From a virus, in the UHGV virus genome UHGV-0277313: 64,000 bases of DNA; one strand, written 5' to 3'. The notes beneath the pieces are model-generated. The model worked only from the letters and a program-made list of their open reading frames with translations, was not told the origin of the DNA and did no database searches. The position numbers and the translations under genes were made by a program. Of this stretch, positions 28,745 through 38,140 are shown piece by piece (position 1 is the stretch's first letter; each line of letters starts with the position of its first letter).

Positions 28745-28958
28745 GTATTGATTTATTTGGTTATTAATTACCTGTAGAATGTCGTACTATTTTAGCAAGA
28801 CTATTAAATGATATTCATTGTAAATCAGATTTGCTAGATCGTTTGATGAAAGAAGATATTTGTGTCACTGTTGAAGACTTTAAAGTTGTGGAAAGTACAA
28901 TCGGAAACAAGTGTTTAGATAGAGTGTAAACTATCATGACAACTTTGGAAGATGATAA

Positions 28959-29330
28959 ATGATTGAGAAAATTGATAAAGATGATTTGATAAAGCTCAAG
29001 AAGATTATACATAAACTTAAGGGTGTATCATTCAGCAGAAATATCCAATTGGATGATGGTCGTACTGTATTGTGTAAAGCTATCATGACGGGTAAGTTGA
29101 TGAAGCTAAAGGGTTTAGAAACAATATACACACAAAACAATATACTATTCATTGCCAATTGTGATGTCATTGTTAATGATGTAACTAAACATAGGAATCA
29201 AGGGTTTGAGATGTTTATCCAAAGAGATTTATTCAACTTAAAGGATGTAGATAAGGCTGACTTTAAACTGAATGATAAATTTAGAGTAATTCTAAAGGAT
29301 TTATCTGAAGAGACTTTAGACAATATTTGA
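28959..29330 (+). CDS. hypothetical protein, C-terminal-motif family (ends LSEETLDNI)
   Basis: ORF. Confidence 0.55.
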   Translation: MIEKIDKDDLIKLKKIIHKLKGVSFSRNIQLDDGRTVLCKAIMTGKLMKLKGLETIYTQNNILFIANCDVIVNDVTKHRNQGFEMFIQRDLFNLKDVDKADFKLNDKFRVILKDLSEETLDNI

Positions 29331-29340
29331 GGTGTCTTAA

Positions 29341-29799
29341 ATGATTGATAGAAATGATGGGTTATACATACAACAAACAAAGAAGTTGTGCAATGTCAAA
29401 AGCACAAAGAGTAGAGTTGTTGGTTGTAAAGGGTTTATTCTAAATAGATTTGATAGACGCCGTTTGAATAAGCTGATTGCTATTTTCGGTAATCGGTTCT
29501 TTTGTTTAAAGGTAAATTATTTAAGTAGGTCTTACACTTTTGAGTTTAATCTTCAGAGATGTGAACGTGTATCATATTTTGAACATGGCTCAGGATATTT
29601 TGAAAATGACTCAGAATATGAAGTGGTGTTTAGTTGTACAGATAGGAGAAATAGGTCATTCATTGTTCATGAATCTTTATGGAATGATTTGTTAAAATTT
29701 AGGAATGACTGTATAGAATTTACTTTAGAAGAATATTGTGATGATTTGCTATATGTGAAAACTTTAGATTTAGGTTCCTGTACATTAAACGAGATTTAG
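29341..29799 (+). CDS. hypothetical protein, C-terminal-motif family, LNRYDRRRLNK sub-family (ends LGSCTLNEI)
   Basis: GFILNRFDRRRLNKLIAIFG box. Confidence 0.6.
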   Translation: MIDRNDGLYIQQTKKLCNVKSTKSRVVGCKGFILNRFDRRRLNKLIAIFGNRFFCLKVNYLSRSYTFEFNLQRCERVSYFEHGSGYFENDSEYEVVFSCTDRRNRSFIVHESLWNDLLKFRNDCIEFTLEEYCDDLLYVKTLDLGSCTLNEI

Positions 29800-29807
29800 G
29801 TAGTTAC

Positions 29808-30152
29808 ATGTGTGACAAGAAGCTATTAATAGACAACATCGCTATTCTATCAGATTGGTTAAAAGGAAGGAAGGTTCCGGTTCTTGGTGGCAGTTTTACA
29901 ACATTACAAGAAACGGATCTTGATTTAGACCTTGAAACACATGATGGTTTGATCCTATTGGATTATGGCTTCACATTCTTGCAACAGGAATATGGCTGTT
30001 GTTCAGTGGCTATATCTAAAAAAGTACTTGAATCATTAAACAAAGTTGACAAAAGTCTGTTTAGGTTATATGTTAATGAAGATGATATCAGGAGATATTT
30101 CTTAAGGTTTGACATTGCGAATGTTAACGAAGAGTATTTAGAAGGATTGTGA
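29808..30152 (+). CDS. hypothetical protein (ends NEEYLEGL)
   Basis: ORF. Confidence 0.5.
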   Translation: MCDKKLLIDNIAILSDWLKGRKVPVLGGSFTTLQETDLDLDLETHDGLILLDYGFTFLQQEYGCCSVAISKKVLESLNKVDKSLFRLYVNEDDIRRYFLRFDIANVNEEYLEGL

Positions 30153-30153
30153 C

Positions 30154-30501
30154 ATGATTGAAGATGTGACTGATGTAAAGTGTTTACAAAAGCTGACTGC
30201 TATTGTAGAAATTTTAAAAGACACTGTTGTTTTAAATACTTTGCGAGGTGTTACAATGTGTCCGAATAAATATGTTATTCTTGATCAAGCCGGTAGTGCG
30301 ACATATTGGACGAATATTTATTTCTATGAGATCCCCGTTTATGTAAAAATGACTGATGATGATAAAGAAGTTATTAGGGTTTCTTCTTTTTACATGAAGA
30401 AAGACGACGTAGATAATTATCGTATAGGTGATCCTTTATATGTGGATGACTATATTATTTACTTGAAGGATTTGGGCATTGCAGTTTTAGACGAGTTGTG
30501 A
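30154..30501 (+). CDS. hypothetical protein, C-terminal-motif family (ends LGIAVLDEL)
   Basis: ORF. Confidence 0.55.
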   Translation: MIEDVTDVKCLQKLTAIVEILKDTVVLNTLRGVTMCPNKYVILDQAGSATYWTNIYFYEIPVYVKMTDDDKEVIRVSSFYMKKDDVDNYRIGDPLYVDDYIIYLKDLGIAVLDEL

Positions 30502-30502
30502 T

Positions 30503-30874
30503 CTAAATGTTTTCTAAACATAAATGACCCACTTCCTTTTCGACTATTTTAGTAACTTCATCCGGATCATCTGTAACTATAATTTCATTCGCTTTGATTG
30601 TATCAAGTCGTTGTACAATATGATCACTGATATAAATAATCAATGTTCTATATTGTAATTTTTCATTTTGACATGTGACTTGAACAGGTTGAAAGTTTGG
30701 TATTTTGTTTGATATATATTTATCATACTGTCGTAATATAGCTGATTCAATATAGAATTTATATGTTACATAAGAATTGAGTATATGAAAATAAAAGTGA
30801 AACGGTATGCCTTTTAAAAGGTCAGTCAATAAAATATCTGTTTGTGTAGGATGAAGCATTTTTATTTCTGTCAC
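30503..30874 (-). CDS. hypothetical protein, C-terminal-motif family, inverted member (ends VGHLCLENI)
   Basis: Minus-strand ORF; paralog of 33708..34076. Confidence 0.55.
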   Translation of the reverse strand: MTEIKMLHPTQTDILLTDLLKGIPFHFYFHILNSYVTYKFYIESAILRQYDKYISNKIPNFQPVQVTCQNEKLQYRTLIIYISDHIVQRLDTIKANEIIVTDDPDEVTKIVEKEVGHLCLENI

Positions 30875-30998
30875 ATGTTATTTCTATATGTTTAAACTAT
30901 AGAACAATATATGATAGTTTGTCAATGCATTTTTACAGGTTGACAAATAATTGTTTCCTGTGATAGTTTAATATAGTGTTTTTAAATAGGAATGTTAA

Positions 30999-31388
30999 AT
31001 GGTGTCTGATGCATTAAGAATAAAACAAAATCTTTGTATATTGAAAGATTGGTTATATAGTCAATATGTCATCGTATGCAATCCTTTTACAAATCAACAG
31101 GATGATGTAAGACATATCAAATTGTCTGATGAGATTGATGATATCATTTTAATGTTTTTAGGCGATTCAAAAAGTTATGTTGAGTTGATGTGTACAGGAA
31201 TGGTAAATGTTTATACCGTTAATGAAGAAGTGTTTTTAAGGTTGTTCATACCCAAAACATTACTAGAAAAACTAAATGCATTTAGCACAGATTGTTTCAG
31301 AATTAAAAGCAATGAAAAAACGTTTTACAATCACATCATTTATTTTGATCTTAAAGAGTGCAATCTTGTATTATTAGATAGCATTTAG
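30999..31388 (+). CDS. hypothetical protein, C-terminal-motif family (ends CNLVLLDSI)
   Basis: ORF downstream of TTGACA promoter-like sequence at 30943. Confidence 0.55.
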   Translation: MVSDALRIKQNLCILKDWLYSQYVIVCNPFTNQQDDVRHIKLSDEIDDIILMFLGDSKSYVELMCTGMVNVYTVNEEVFLRLFIPKTLLEKLNAFSTDCFRIKSNEKTFYNHIIYFDLKECNLVLLDSI

Positions 31389-31397
31389 GAGTCAATC

Positions 31398-31847
31398 ATG
31401 AAATCTAAAATTGGTGGCAAGTTTTTTAAAAAGTTGTCTGAACAGTCAACGGGAAAAGATAAGTGGTTAGATAAGTGGTTGAGTTCGACAATCTTTTTAG
31501 GTAACCGTTACGATAGAAGACGATTAAAATTTCTAATTTCTTTTTTGTTTGAGAATTCGACAAACAGACCTATCATTTATGATCCGGTAGATAAAGAAGA
31601 ATTGATCCCTGAACGTCTTTTAATCGTGTCTTTTGATGCATCTAGTGAAACATTTTATTTCAATATAAAATACAAAAATCACGACGCAAATGATAGGTGT
31701 TGCAACCTTGTCGTTTCAAAAGAATTGTGGGATGAATTGATTCATTTAGAAAATAAATTTTTTGATTTATGTTTTGATATTGATAAAAACTATATCGTTC
31801 ATGTCGTTAAACAACATGTAGGTCAAGCGTGTTTATCTAGTATATAA
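31398..31847 (+). CDS. hypothetical protein, LNRYDRRRLK sub-family (ends VGQACLSSI)
   Basis: FLGNRYDRRRLKFLISFLF box. Confidence 0.6.
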   Translation: MKSKIGGKFFKKLSEQSTGKDKWLDKWLSSTIFLGNRYDRRRLKFLISFLFENSTNRPIIYDPVDKEELIPERLLIVSFDASSETFYFNIKYKNHDANDRCCNLVVSKELWDELIHLENKFFDLCFDIDKNYIVHVVKQHVGQACLSSI

Positions 31848-31914
31848 AATAGTTGACATTCACCGATTGTTGTTATAGTATACTTAATATGATCAATGAG
31901 CGAAGGTGATTGGA

Positions 31915-32247
31915 ATGAAGTTAACGAACAAACAATTGAAAGTTTTTGCTGATAAGTTGTCTAAACATTTATCCGAATGCAAAGAGAAGTGGATATCTGA
32001 AAACGAGTTTATTAAGTATGAAGCAGATGAGAACTTCAACTTCATTGATGTTGTTAATGGTAATTATCGGTTGATGACAACGTGTTGTGTACAATACACT
32101 TCAGAGATATCATATTGTATTTTAGGCATTGATGATTTTGATGTGTTGTATAAATATAGAAATAAACTTAATCAGTTAGATATCTATATCACAGATGGAA
32201 TAATTAAGGTTAGAGCAATCGGTCAGATAACCTTGAACAATCTGTAA
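31915..32247 (+). CDS. hypothetical protein, YRNKLNQLDIYI sub-family (ends IGQITLNNL)
   Basis: Paralog of 33383 and 34201 along its whole length. Confidence 0.6.
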   Translation: MKLTNKQLKVFADKLSKHLSECKEKWISENEFIKYEADENFNFIDVVNGNYRLMTTCCVQYTSEISYCILGIDDFDVLYKYRNKLNQLDIYITDGIIKVRAIGQITLNNL

Positions 32248-32298
32248 TATATTGACATTTATCTATACTTTTTATATAACATATGTAAGGGTGATATA

Positions 32299-32622
32299 GT
32301 GGATATTAATAGAGAAAGGTTTGTACAGTTGATACAAAAGGTACATGATCAAACTGTAGACTTTGATAAAGGGTCAGTACTGTGTGTCATTAAAGATTTA
32401 GCTAGAGAACCGATATACTGTGTTAGTATAAATGATGAATTGTACTATCGTATTATTGTTAAAGTAAAGACTATTCCTTTAGGAAGTATGTTATCTAAAA
32501 CTATCTATATCAAAGATAACTTGTTAAAGAGTATATACGATATAGAAAAAACATCATTTAAAATGAATGGTGATTTTATTGAGTTAGAAAACATAGGTCA
32601 GATTGTTTTGGAAGAAATTTAA
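32299..32622 (+). CDS. hypothetical protein, C-terminal-motif family (ends IGQIVLEEI)
   Basis: ORF. Confidence 0.55.
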   Translation: MDINRERFVQLIQKVHDQTVDFDKGSVLCVIKDLAREPIYCVSINDELYYRIIVKVKTIPLGSMLSKTIYIKDNLLKSIYDIEKTSFKMNGDFIELENIGQIVLEEI

Positions 32623-32722
32623 AATAATGTCAACTTTGATTGTTGCAAACAAGATTTTTAAAGATATATCTATTATTTATAATATGAATGAAGAAAGACT
32701 TAAGAATATATAGGTGATTGCT

Positions 32723-33064
32723 ATGCGTGGTAGATTTTATATCATTGAAAGAAGACATCAGAATGATGATACAGACATTATCACATTGAACCGTTGTAAA
32801 GGTAATATCATCACACAATCTGAAGAAGAGTTTTTTAATTATATAAAAGACTATCGTTTTAAAGAGTATACGAAATACGCTATCAAGTTTACTGATTGTT
32901 TTAATATAGCATTATACTTAAATAAAGTAATGAATATTTTATCAAGATATAGACTGATTGATTGTATGGTTTCTATCAGTGAAGTAGATGAGCGTCATTA
33001 TTTTAATATTGAGTTTCAAGTATTGAACAAACATATTGGTACATTCGCTTTAGAAAGTATTTAA
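32723..33064 (+). CDS. hypothetical protein, C-terminal-motif family (ends IGTFALESI)
   Basis: ORF. Confidence 0.55.
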   Translation: MRGRFYIIERRHQNDDTDIITLNRCKGNIITQSEEEFFNYIKDYRFKEYTKYAIKFTDCFNIALYLNKVMNILSRYRLIDCMVSISEVDERHYFNIEFQVLNKHIGTFALESI

Positions 33065-33084
33065 TATAGATAGGAAGGTGTGTC

Positions 33085-33369
33085 ATGCCGACATTGATTG
33101 TAGCCAATAAAGTCATTAAAGATGTGTCTATAGTAAATAAGCAAAGAAATCGTATTACACTTCGTATGTTAACTAAAGACTCGAATTACTTCAAACATGA
33201 TATCAAAAATGCAAATAAAGATGATCCTGTTATGTATGAAGCGTTTAAAAGAAGTTGCGCGTGTACGTTGTTTGTAAATACAGAATCTTTTAGTAATTGT
33301 GTTGCAGTAAACATTCGCAAATCACGTTTAACAGGTTATCGTATTGTGACATTTGAAAGATTATCATAA
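33085..33369 (+). CDS. hypothetical protein
   Basis: 94-aa ORF after GGAAGGTG. Confidence 0.5.
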   Translation: MPTLIVANKVIKDVSIVNKQRNRITLRMLTKDSNYFKHDIKNANKDDPVMYEAFKRSCACTLFVNTESFSNCVAVNIRKSRLTGYRIVTFERLS

Positions 33370-33382
33370 ACAGGTGACTGTA

Positions 33383-33697
33383 ATGAAGATGACGATTAGA
33401 CAACGTAAAATTTTAGCTGATAAAATATCTGAACATCTAGTAACTATCAAAGAAAGCGATTCAAATAAGTTTGTTTATTTAAAGGGTAAAAGCCTTATTG
33501 ATATTGTTGATGGTCGCTATACATTATGGACAACTTGTCTAGGTACATTTAAACAACCCGTGTTTTGTGATTTGTATATTGATGATATTGATTTGTTGTT
33601 AAAATATCAAAACAAACTTAATGAATTGGATATTTATGTTGATAAAGATTTCATTAAGGTGCGCAATATTGGTGAAATGACATTCAATAAGATATAA
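33383..33697 (+). CDS. hypothetical protein, YQNKLNELDIYV sub-family (ends IGEMTFNKI)
   Basis: Paralog of 31915 and 34201. Confidence 0.6.
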   Translation: MKMTIRQRKILADKISEHLVTIKESDSNKFVYLKGKSLIDIVDGRYTLWTTCLGTFKQPVFCDLYIDDIDLLLKYQNKLNELDIYVDKDFIKVRNIGEMTFNKI

Positions 33698-33707
33698 CTT
33701 TTTTATG

Positions 33708-34076
33708 TCATACTTCATTCAAACAAATTGAACCTATTTCTTTTTCTGATATTTCTATTGCATTTAAATCTTTATTTAATATCAATTCAACATCTTCTTT
33801 TTTAACTGTGTCAATTTTAGATAACAAACGTTTATTGATATATGCCGTGTCTTGTGCAAATACGACATCGTTACCCATGTATGAAAAAGTTTCCAGTTGA
33901 ACGGGTTGTAAATTATCATCTTGATAAAACAATTCTTTTTCTTTTATTTTTGTGGTAACGTCTGTTATATAAAAACGTTGATCCCTGTTTAAAAGATTTA
34001 TTGCATACGACATGTTTTTCAACAGACTTGTCAGTATCACGTCAACATCTTGATTTTGCATTTTATTCTGAATCAC
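33708..34076 (-). CDS. hypothetical protein, C-terminal-motif family, inverted member (ends IGSICLNEV)
   Basis: Minus-strand ORF; paralog of 30503..30874. Confidence 0.55.
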   Translation of the reverse strand: MIQNKMQNQDVDVILTSLLKNMSYAINLLNRDQRFYITDVTTKIKEKELFYQDDNLQPVQLETFSYMGNDVVFAQDTAYINKRLLSKIDTVKKEDVELILNKDLNAIEISEKEIGSICLNEV

Positions 34077-34200
34077 TTTTTATCATTTACATTAAATTAA
34101 CTTTATAGTATTTATCATTTTCTGTCAATACAAAATATTTTATTGACAAGTGTTTATATATTCTATATGATAGAACTGTTGATTTGGTGAGGTGTATGTA

Positions 34201-34548
34201 ATGGTTGAGTTCATGAAACTGTCAAAAATTGATAGAATTAATTTTGCAGAAGAGTTGGCAAAACATATTGCAACTATTAATGAAAGGGTTTTATCAACAT
34301 CGTCAGTTGTTGCATATAAGAGTGGCAAAGCAATGATTGTAAAAAAGGGTGATATGTATGCATTGTGGACAGTGTGTCACCCGCAGTATGAAGCACTTGA
34401 TTCTTATGTTAAAACATGTGTGTTATGGCTTAAAGATTTTGATTTGTTATGGGATTATCGTAATAAATTAAAGCAGCTTGATTTGTATATTGAAAATGAT
34501 TGCATTAAGGTTCGTCATATTGGTGAATTTGTAATGAATAGGATTTAG
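34201..34548 (+). CDS. hypothetical protein, YRNKLKQLDLYI sub-family (ends IGEFVMNRI)
   Basis: Paralog of 31915 and 33383; TTGACA N17 TATGAT promoter-like sequence at 34141. Confidence 0.6.
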   Translation: MVEFMKLSKIDRINFAEELAKHIATINERVLSTSSVVAYKSGKAMIVKKGDMYALWTVCHPQYEALDSYVKTCVLWLKDFDLLWDYRNKLKQLDLYIENDCIKVRHIGEFVMNRI

Positions 34549-34556
34549 GTGCAGAC

Positions 34557-34913
34557 ATGAGAAAGTTTAAGATGTATCATAAATTAGATAAAAAGCAAAT
34601 TTTCCAATTAAAAAAGCGGTTGCAGAATCGTGAATATATTGGAGTCGATAATAATAAATATCGTTTTCCTTATATACGAAATTTTGTTGTTTTTGATTCT
34701 GCAGAAGTTTGGGAATATGAAGATGGTGAAGTTTGGTATCACTTCGATATAAAGTCTGAATGTATTAAAAATAAAAAATTGGATTGGCATTTATTTTGCA
34801 TTCCGGAAAATGATGTAGAAGAATTTTTAAATAGTCATTGTAAGTTTCATATTGATACAGAGTCAAGCATCATTTTAGATACAGTAGGTCAAACTGTTTT
34901 GGAGAATATTTAA
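34557..34913 (+). CDS. hypothetical protein, C-terminal-motif family (ends VGQTVLENI)
   Basis: ORF. Confidence 0.55.
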   Translation: MRKFKMYHKLDKKQIFQLKKRLQNREYIGVDNNKYRFPYIRNFVVFDSAEVWEYEDGEVWYHFDIKSECIKNKKLDWHLFCIPENDVEEFLNSHCKFHIDTESSIILDTVGQTVLENI

Positions 34914-34915
34914 TT

Positions 34916-35248
34916 ATGATATTTTCAGATAAGCAAAGAATCGTTTTAGCGAATTTATTTGACGGTTTGACATTCAATGATGGTGAGTATTCCTATATAG
35001 TTATTTCTTCAAACTATAAGGATATTAATGCTATATGTAGCGAGGTTGACTTTAATAATGTTAAATATTATGTAATCGAAGTAATTAGTCAAGAAAGATA
35101 TCAATACTTAACGAGACGTAAACATATAGGGTTGTTTGTCAAGGAAGATTATTTGCAGTGTATCTTGGATAACAAGTGCAAAGTCTATATTGATGGCTTC
35201 GTTGTATGTATTCATGACGTTGGAAACTTTTGTTTAGATGAGGTTTAG
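34916..35248 (+). CDS. hypothetical protein, C-terminal-motif family (ends VGNFCLDEV)
   Basis: ORF. Confidence 0.55.
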   Translation: MIFSDKQRIVLANLFDGLTFNDGEYSYIVISSNYKDINAICSEVDFNNVKYYVIEVISQERYQYLTRRKHIGLFVKEDYLQCILDNKCKVYIDGFVVCIHDVGNFCLDEV

Positions 35249-35250
35249 CA

Positions 35251-35721
35251 ATGGGCGATAAGATACGTTTCAAAATGATTAAAAATCCGAAAATAAAAAA
35301 ACATCGTATTTGTGGCAAGTTTTTTAAAAAGTTGTCTGAACAGCCCCCAACACACGGTGAATGGTTATATTCAACAATCTTTTTTGGAAATCGTTATGAT
35401 AGAAGACGTTTTAAATTTTTGTTGTCGTTGCTGTTTGATGACATTCAAGGAAAGCCTATTTTATATAGTTCAGGTGATTCACGAGTTTTAACACCTGAAA
35501 AGGTTACTGACATTTCATATAATACAGTCGATAAACAATATTATTTTATTGTCAAATGTACCTGTTTTCATTATGTGGCTGTGGTTATTTCAAAAGAGCT
35601 ATGGCACGAATTGATTCATCTGAAAAACAAATATTGTGATTTGAAGTTTGAAACAGATTTGATAGGTAACGAGCATTTGGTAAAACAACAAATTGGGGCA
35701 TCGTGTTTAAATGGTATATAA
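35251..35721 (+). CDS. hypothetical protein, LNRYDRRRFK sub-family (ends IGASCLNGI)
   Basis: FFGNRYDRRRFKFLLSLLF; close paralog of 31398 (CGKFFKKLSEQ...). Confidence 0.6.
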   Translation: MGDKIRFKMIKNPKIKKHRICGKFFKKLSEQPPTHGEWLYSTIFFGNRYDRRRFKFLLSLLFDDIQGKPILYSSGDSRVLTPEKVTDISYNTVDKQYYFIVKCTCFHYVAVVISKELWHELIHLKNKYCDLKFETDLIGNEHLVKQQIGASCLNGI

Positions 35722-36097
35722 AAAACGAGTTCAGAAATTATTTGATTTGAAGCCCGTTAATAATCCGTTCTGGGTTTTTTATAAAGGTTTTGTGCTAAAT
35801 CGTTATGAAAGAAGAAGACTAAACAAAATTATCCGTTTCGTAAAAACAAATGATACTTTCAAGGATTTTGGAATATTAAAAGTTGAAAATATATGTTATA
35901 AAAGAGACTATCAATTAGTCGAGATACGTGTACTATGTTTAGAATATGACTATATAAGTGTTGCTGTAAAAAAAGATTTGTGGGAAAATTTATTGAAGTT
36001 TGATATTAATTACTTAACTGTCAGTCACCCGCTTGATTTTTACTATATAGTAAATGTTGATAAAACAGTTGGTGAAGTGACTTTGAATAATTTTTAA
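35711..36097 (+). CDS. hypothetical protein, LNRYERRRLNK sub-family (ends VGEVTLNNF)
   Basis: GFVLNRYERRRLNKIIRFV. Confidence 0.6.
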   Translation: MVYKKRVQKLFDLKPVNNPFWVFYKGFVLNRYERRRLNKIIRFVKTNDTFKDFGILKVENICYKRDYQLVEIRVLCLEYDYISVAVKKDLWENLLKFDINYLTVSHPLDFYYIVNVDKTVGEVTLNNF

Positions 36098-36137
36098 TGT
36101 CGCTTGAAAATATGTTTTCAGTTTATGAAAGATTGTC

Positions 36138-36533
36138 ATGGGAAAAAGATTTAAAAAGATTGCTGATACTTACCAGTTCGTAACAGGTTTTATATTGAAT
36201 CGTTATGACAGGCGTCGGTGCAATAAAATTAGAAAGACTTTCATTGGAAGAGAAATTGAAGCGTACAATGTTGGTAATGAACAGTCTGATGTTTTAACAA
36301 TCAATGACGTGTCTTTGTGGGAATATAAAAGAAATCTTAATCGATACCTTTTTATCTTTAAATTATCAAACGGTTTCAGCACACCAGTCTTTTTGGATGG
36401 AACATTATATGATAACTTGAATCAGGTTGATAACAAACAGTTAGGAATGAAGTGTGTTATTTATAATTCGGATCGTTTTGAGCAGTATATTGTTTTAAAT
36501 GATATTGGCGACGCCTGTTTAAAAACATTTTAG
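36138..36533 (+). CDS. hypothetical protein, LNRYDRRRCNK sub-family (ends IGDACLKTF)
   Basis: GFILNRYDRRRCNKIRKTF. Confidence 0.6.
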   Translation: MGKRFKKIADTYQFVTGFILNRYDRRRCNKIRKTFIGREIEAYNVGNEQSDVLTINDVSLWEYKRNLNRYLFIFKLSNGFSTPVFLDGTLYDNLNQVDNKQLGMKCVIYNSDRFEQYIVLNDIGDACLKTF

Positions 36534-36626
36534 AATAGTTAATATTTTTTAAAGTTAAATATTTTATACATAAGACGTTGTAATGTAAGGTATGTTTTCA
36601 TTAACAGTCATGGAGATAATTTCTAG

Positions 36627-36980
36627 ATGAACGCAGATGCCATTGTAAAGAAAGTTGTTGATTGGTTTGTAGGTCAAACGGTTAGTGTGAACAAACCTAA
36701 TTCTGATATAACTTTAACATTTCATATAGATGAATTCATACCTTCAGAAACATTGGAACTGTCTGATGGTATTTATTTGCGCTTTAATACTAAAATTAGG
36801 AACGATAATGAAGTGATACTTTGTTCAATTTTGATGGTTGATAAAAGATTTTTTGATGCTATAGAATCAACAGATACAAAATTCTTCAGGTATTCAAGTA
36901 AGTTTTTAAATTATTCAGCAGGGTATATTTTTTTCTTTGAGTTTGCAGATTTAAATAACGAATGTCTTGAAAATATTTGA
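36627..36980 (+). CDS. hypothetical protein, C-terminal-motif family (ends LNNECLENI)
   Basis: ORF. Confidence 0.55.
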   Translation: MNADAIVKKVVDWFVGQTVSVNKPNSDITLTFHIDEFIPSETLELSDGIYLRFNTKIRNDNEVILCSILMVDKRFFDAIESTDTKFFRYSSKFLNYSAGYIFFFEFADLNNECLENI

Positions 36981-36991
36981 ACAGGTGAATT

Positions 36992-37357
36992 ATGAAGTTT
37001 GAACACACTGATAAAGACATTATTGATAAATGTGAAGCTATCCTTTTAAGAGTTGTAAACATTAACGATATTTATTATAGTAATGACAGGTTTTCAGCAG
37101 GAATAATTTCAACTATGTCTGATCCGCCGTATAGAGAAAAAGCAAAAGGTATATATGTGTTTGTAGATGCAACAAGATATTCAACAAATAAAAACGATGC
37201 AGTGTTGTGTGTTTACATTTGTAACGAGTTATTAGAACTAGACAAACAAGATATATCCAAGAAACAATTTAAAATTGAGAATACACAGATTAATTCGTTG
37301 AATTATTTACATGTTTGTGAAATTGGTATTGGTGAATCTGTTTTGGAACAAATGTAA
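36992..37357 (+). CDS. hypothetical protein, C-terminal-motif family (ends IGESVLEQM)
   Basis: ORF. Confidence 0.55.
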   Translation: MKFEHTDKDIIDKCEAILLRVVNINDIYYSNDRFSAGIISTMSDPPYREKAKGIYVFVDATRYSTNKNDAVLCVYICNELLELDKQDISKKQFKIENTQINSLNYLHVCEIGIGESVLEQM

Positions 37358-37409
37358 TGTTTGATTAAATAAATTGAAAGTTATTCTAAATTAGAAGGTA
37401 ATTAAACTT

Positions 37410-37718
37410 ATGACGAATTTTGTAGCATTTAATGGAAAGACTTTAAAAGTAATTTGCAAAGAATTAGGCTTGAATTATACAACTGTCACACAACGAAGAA
37501 TGAAAGATCCGGGAAAACCTTTAGAAGCGTACCTGTATCCGGCAAGAAAGAATAAAGGTGGAAACTGTTGTGCAGATTATTTTACAAACGATGGTAAATC
37601 TGTTTATCAATTATTTAAAAACAACAAATCACAATATTCAAAAATGCTCTATTTAATGGGGAAGAAGAAATTAAGTTTCGATGAAGCTTATGAAATTGTC
37701 ATGGAAGAAAACAAGTAA
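37410..37718 (+). CDS. hypothetical protein
   Basis: 102-aa ORF. Confidence 0.5.
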   Translation: MTNFVAFNGKTLKVICKELGLNYTTVTQRRMKDPGKPLEAYLYPARKNKGGNCCADYFTNDGKSVYQLFKNNKSQYSKMLYLMGKKKLSFDEAYEIVMEENK

Positions 37719-38056
37719 TGCCGTATACGTCATACATATATGAAGAATTAACAGTAACAAAAGCTTTTGAATTTAAGGAAGCTTTAAAAGGAACAAAATT
37801 TTTATTTAAAAATAATACTTATACTATTGTTGACATTGGAACTTGTTTGTATTCCTTACATGGTTCTGAACCGTGGTCGTTGAAAGTTAAAGCTGTCACA
37901 GATGCAAACGGTATATCAATGACAAGAGAGTTTTCATTTTATATTGATGAAAGTTTAATCGATAATAATCTTGATTATAAGAACATGATGTTCGGGATTG
38001 TTAATGATGAAATCGTAGCTTCAAGTGTAGGACAAGAAGTGTTAAACCAAATATAA
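37718..38056 (+). CDS. hypothetical protein, C-terminal-motif family (ends VGQEVLNQI)
   Basis: ORF overlapping the upstream stop. Confidence 0.55.
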   Translation: MPYTSYIYEELTVTKAFEFKEALKGTKFLFKNNTYTIVDIGTCLYSLHGSEPWSLKVKAVTDANGISMTREFSFYIDESLIDNNLDYKNMMFGIVNDEIVASSVGQEVLNQI

Positions 38057-38086
38057 AACAAAATTGATTAATTTTAATGTATTATA

Positions 38087-38125
38087 AAAGCGGCTGATCA
38101 TTTTAAGGTCAACCGCTTTTATTTT
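38087..38125. terminator. bidirectional rho-independent terminator between convergent genes
   Basis: AAAAGCGGCTGATC...GGTCAACCGCTTTTATTTTTA. Confidence 0.6.
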
Positions 38126-38140
38126 TATCTAATTAACTGT

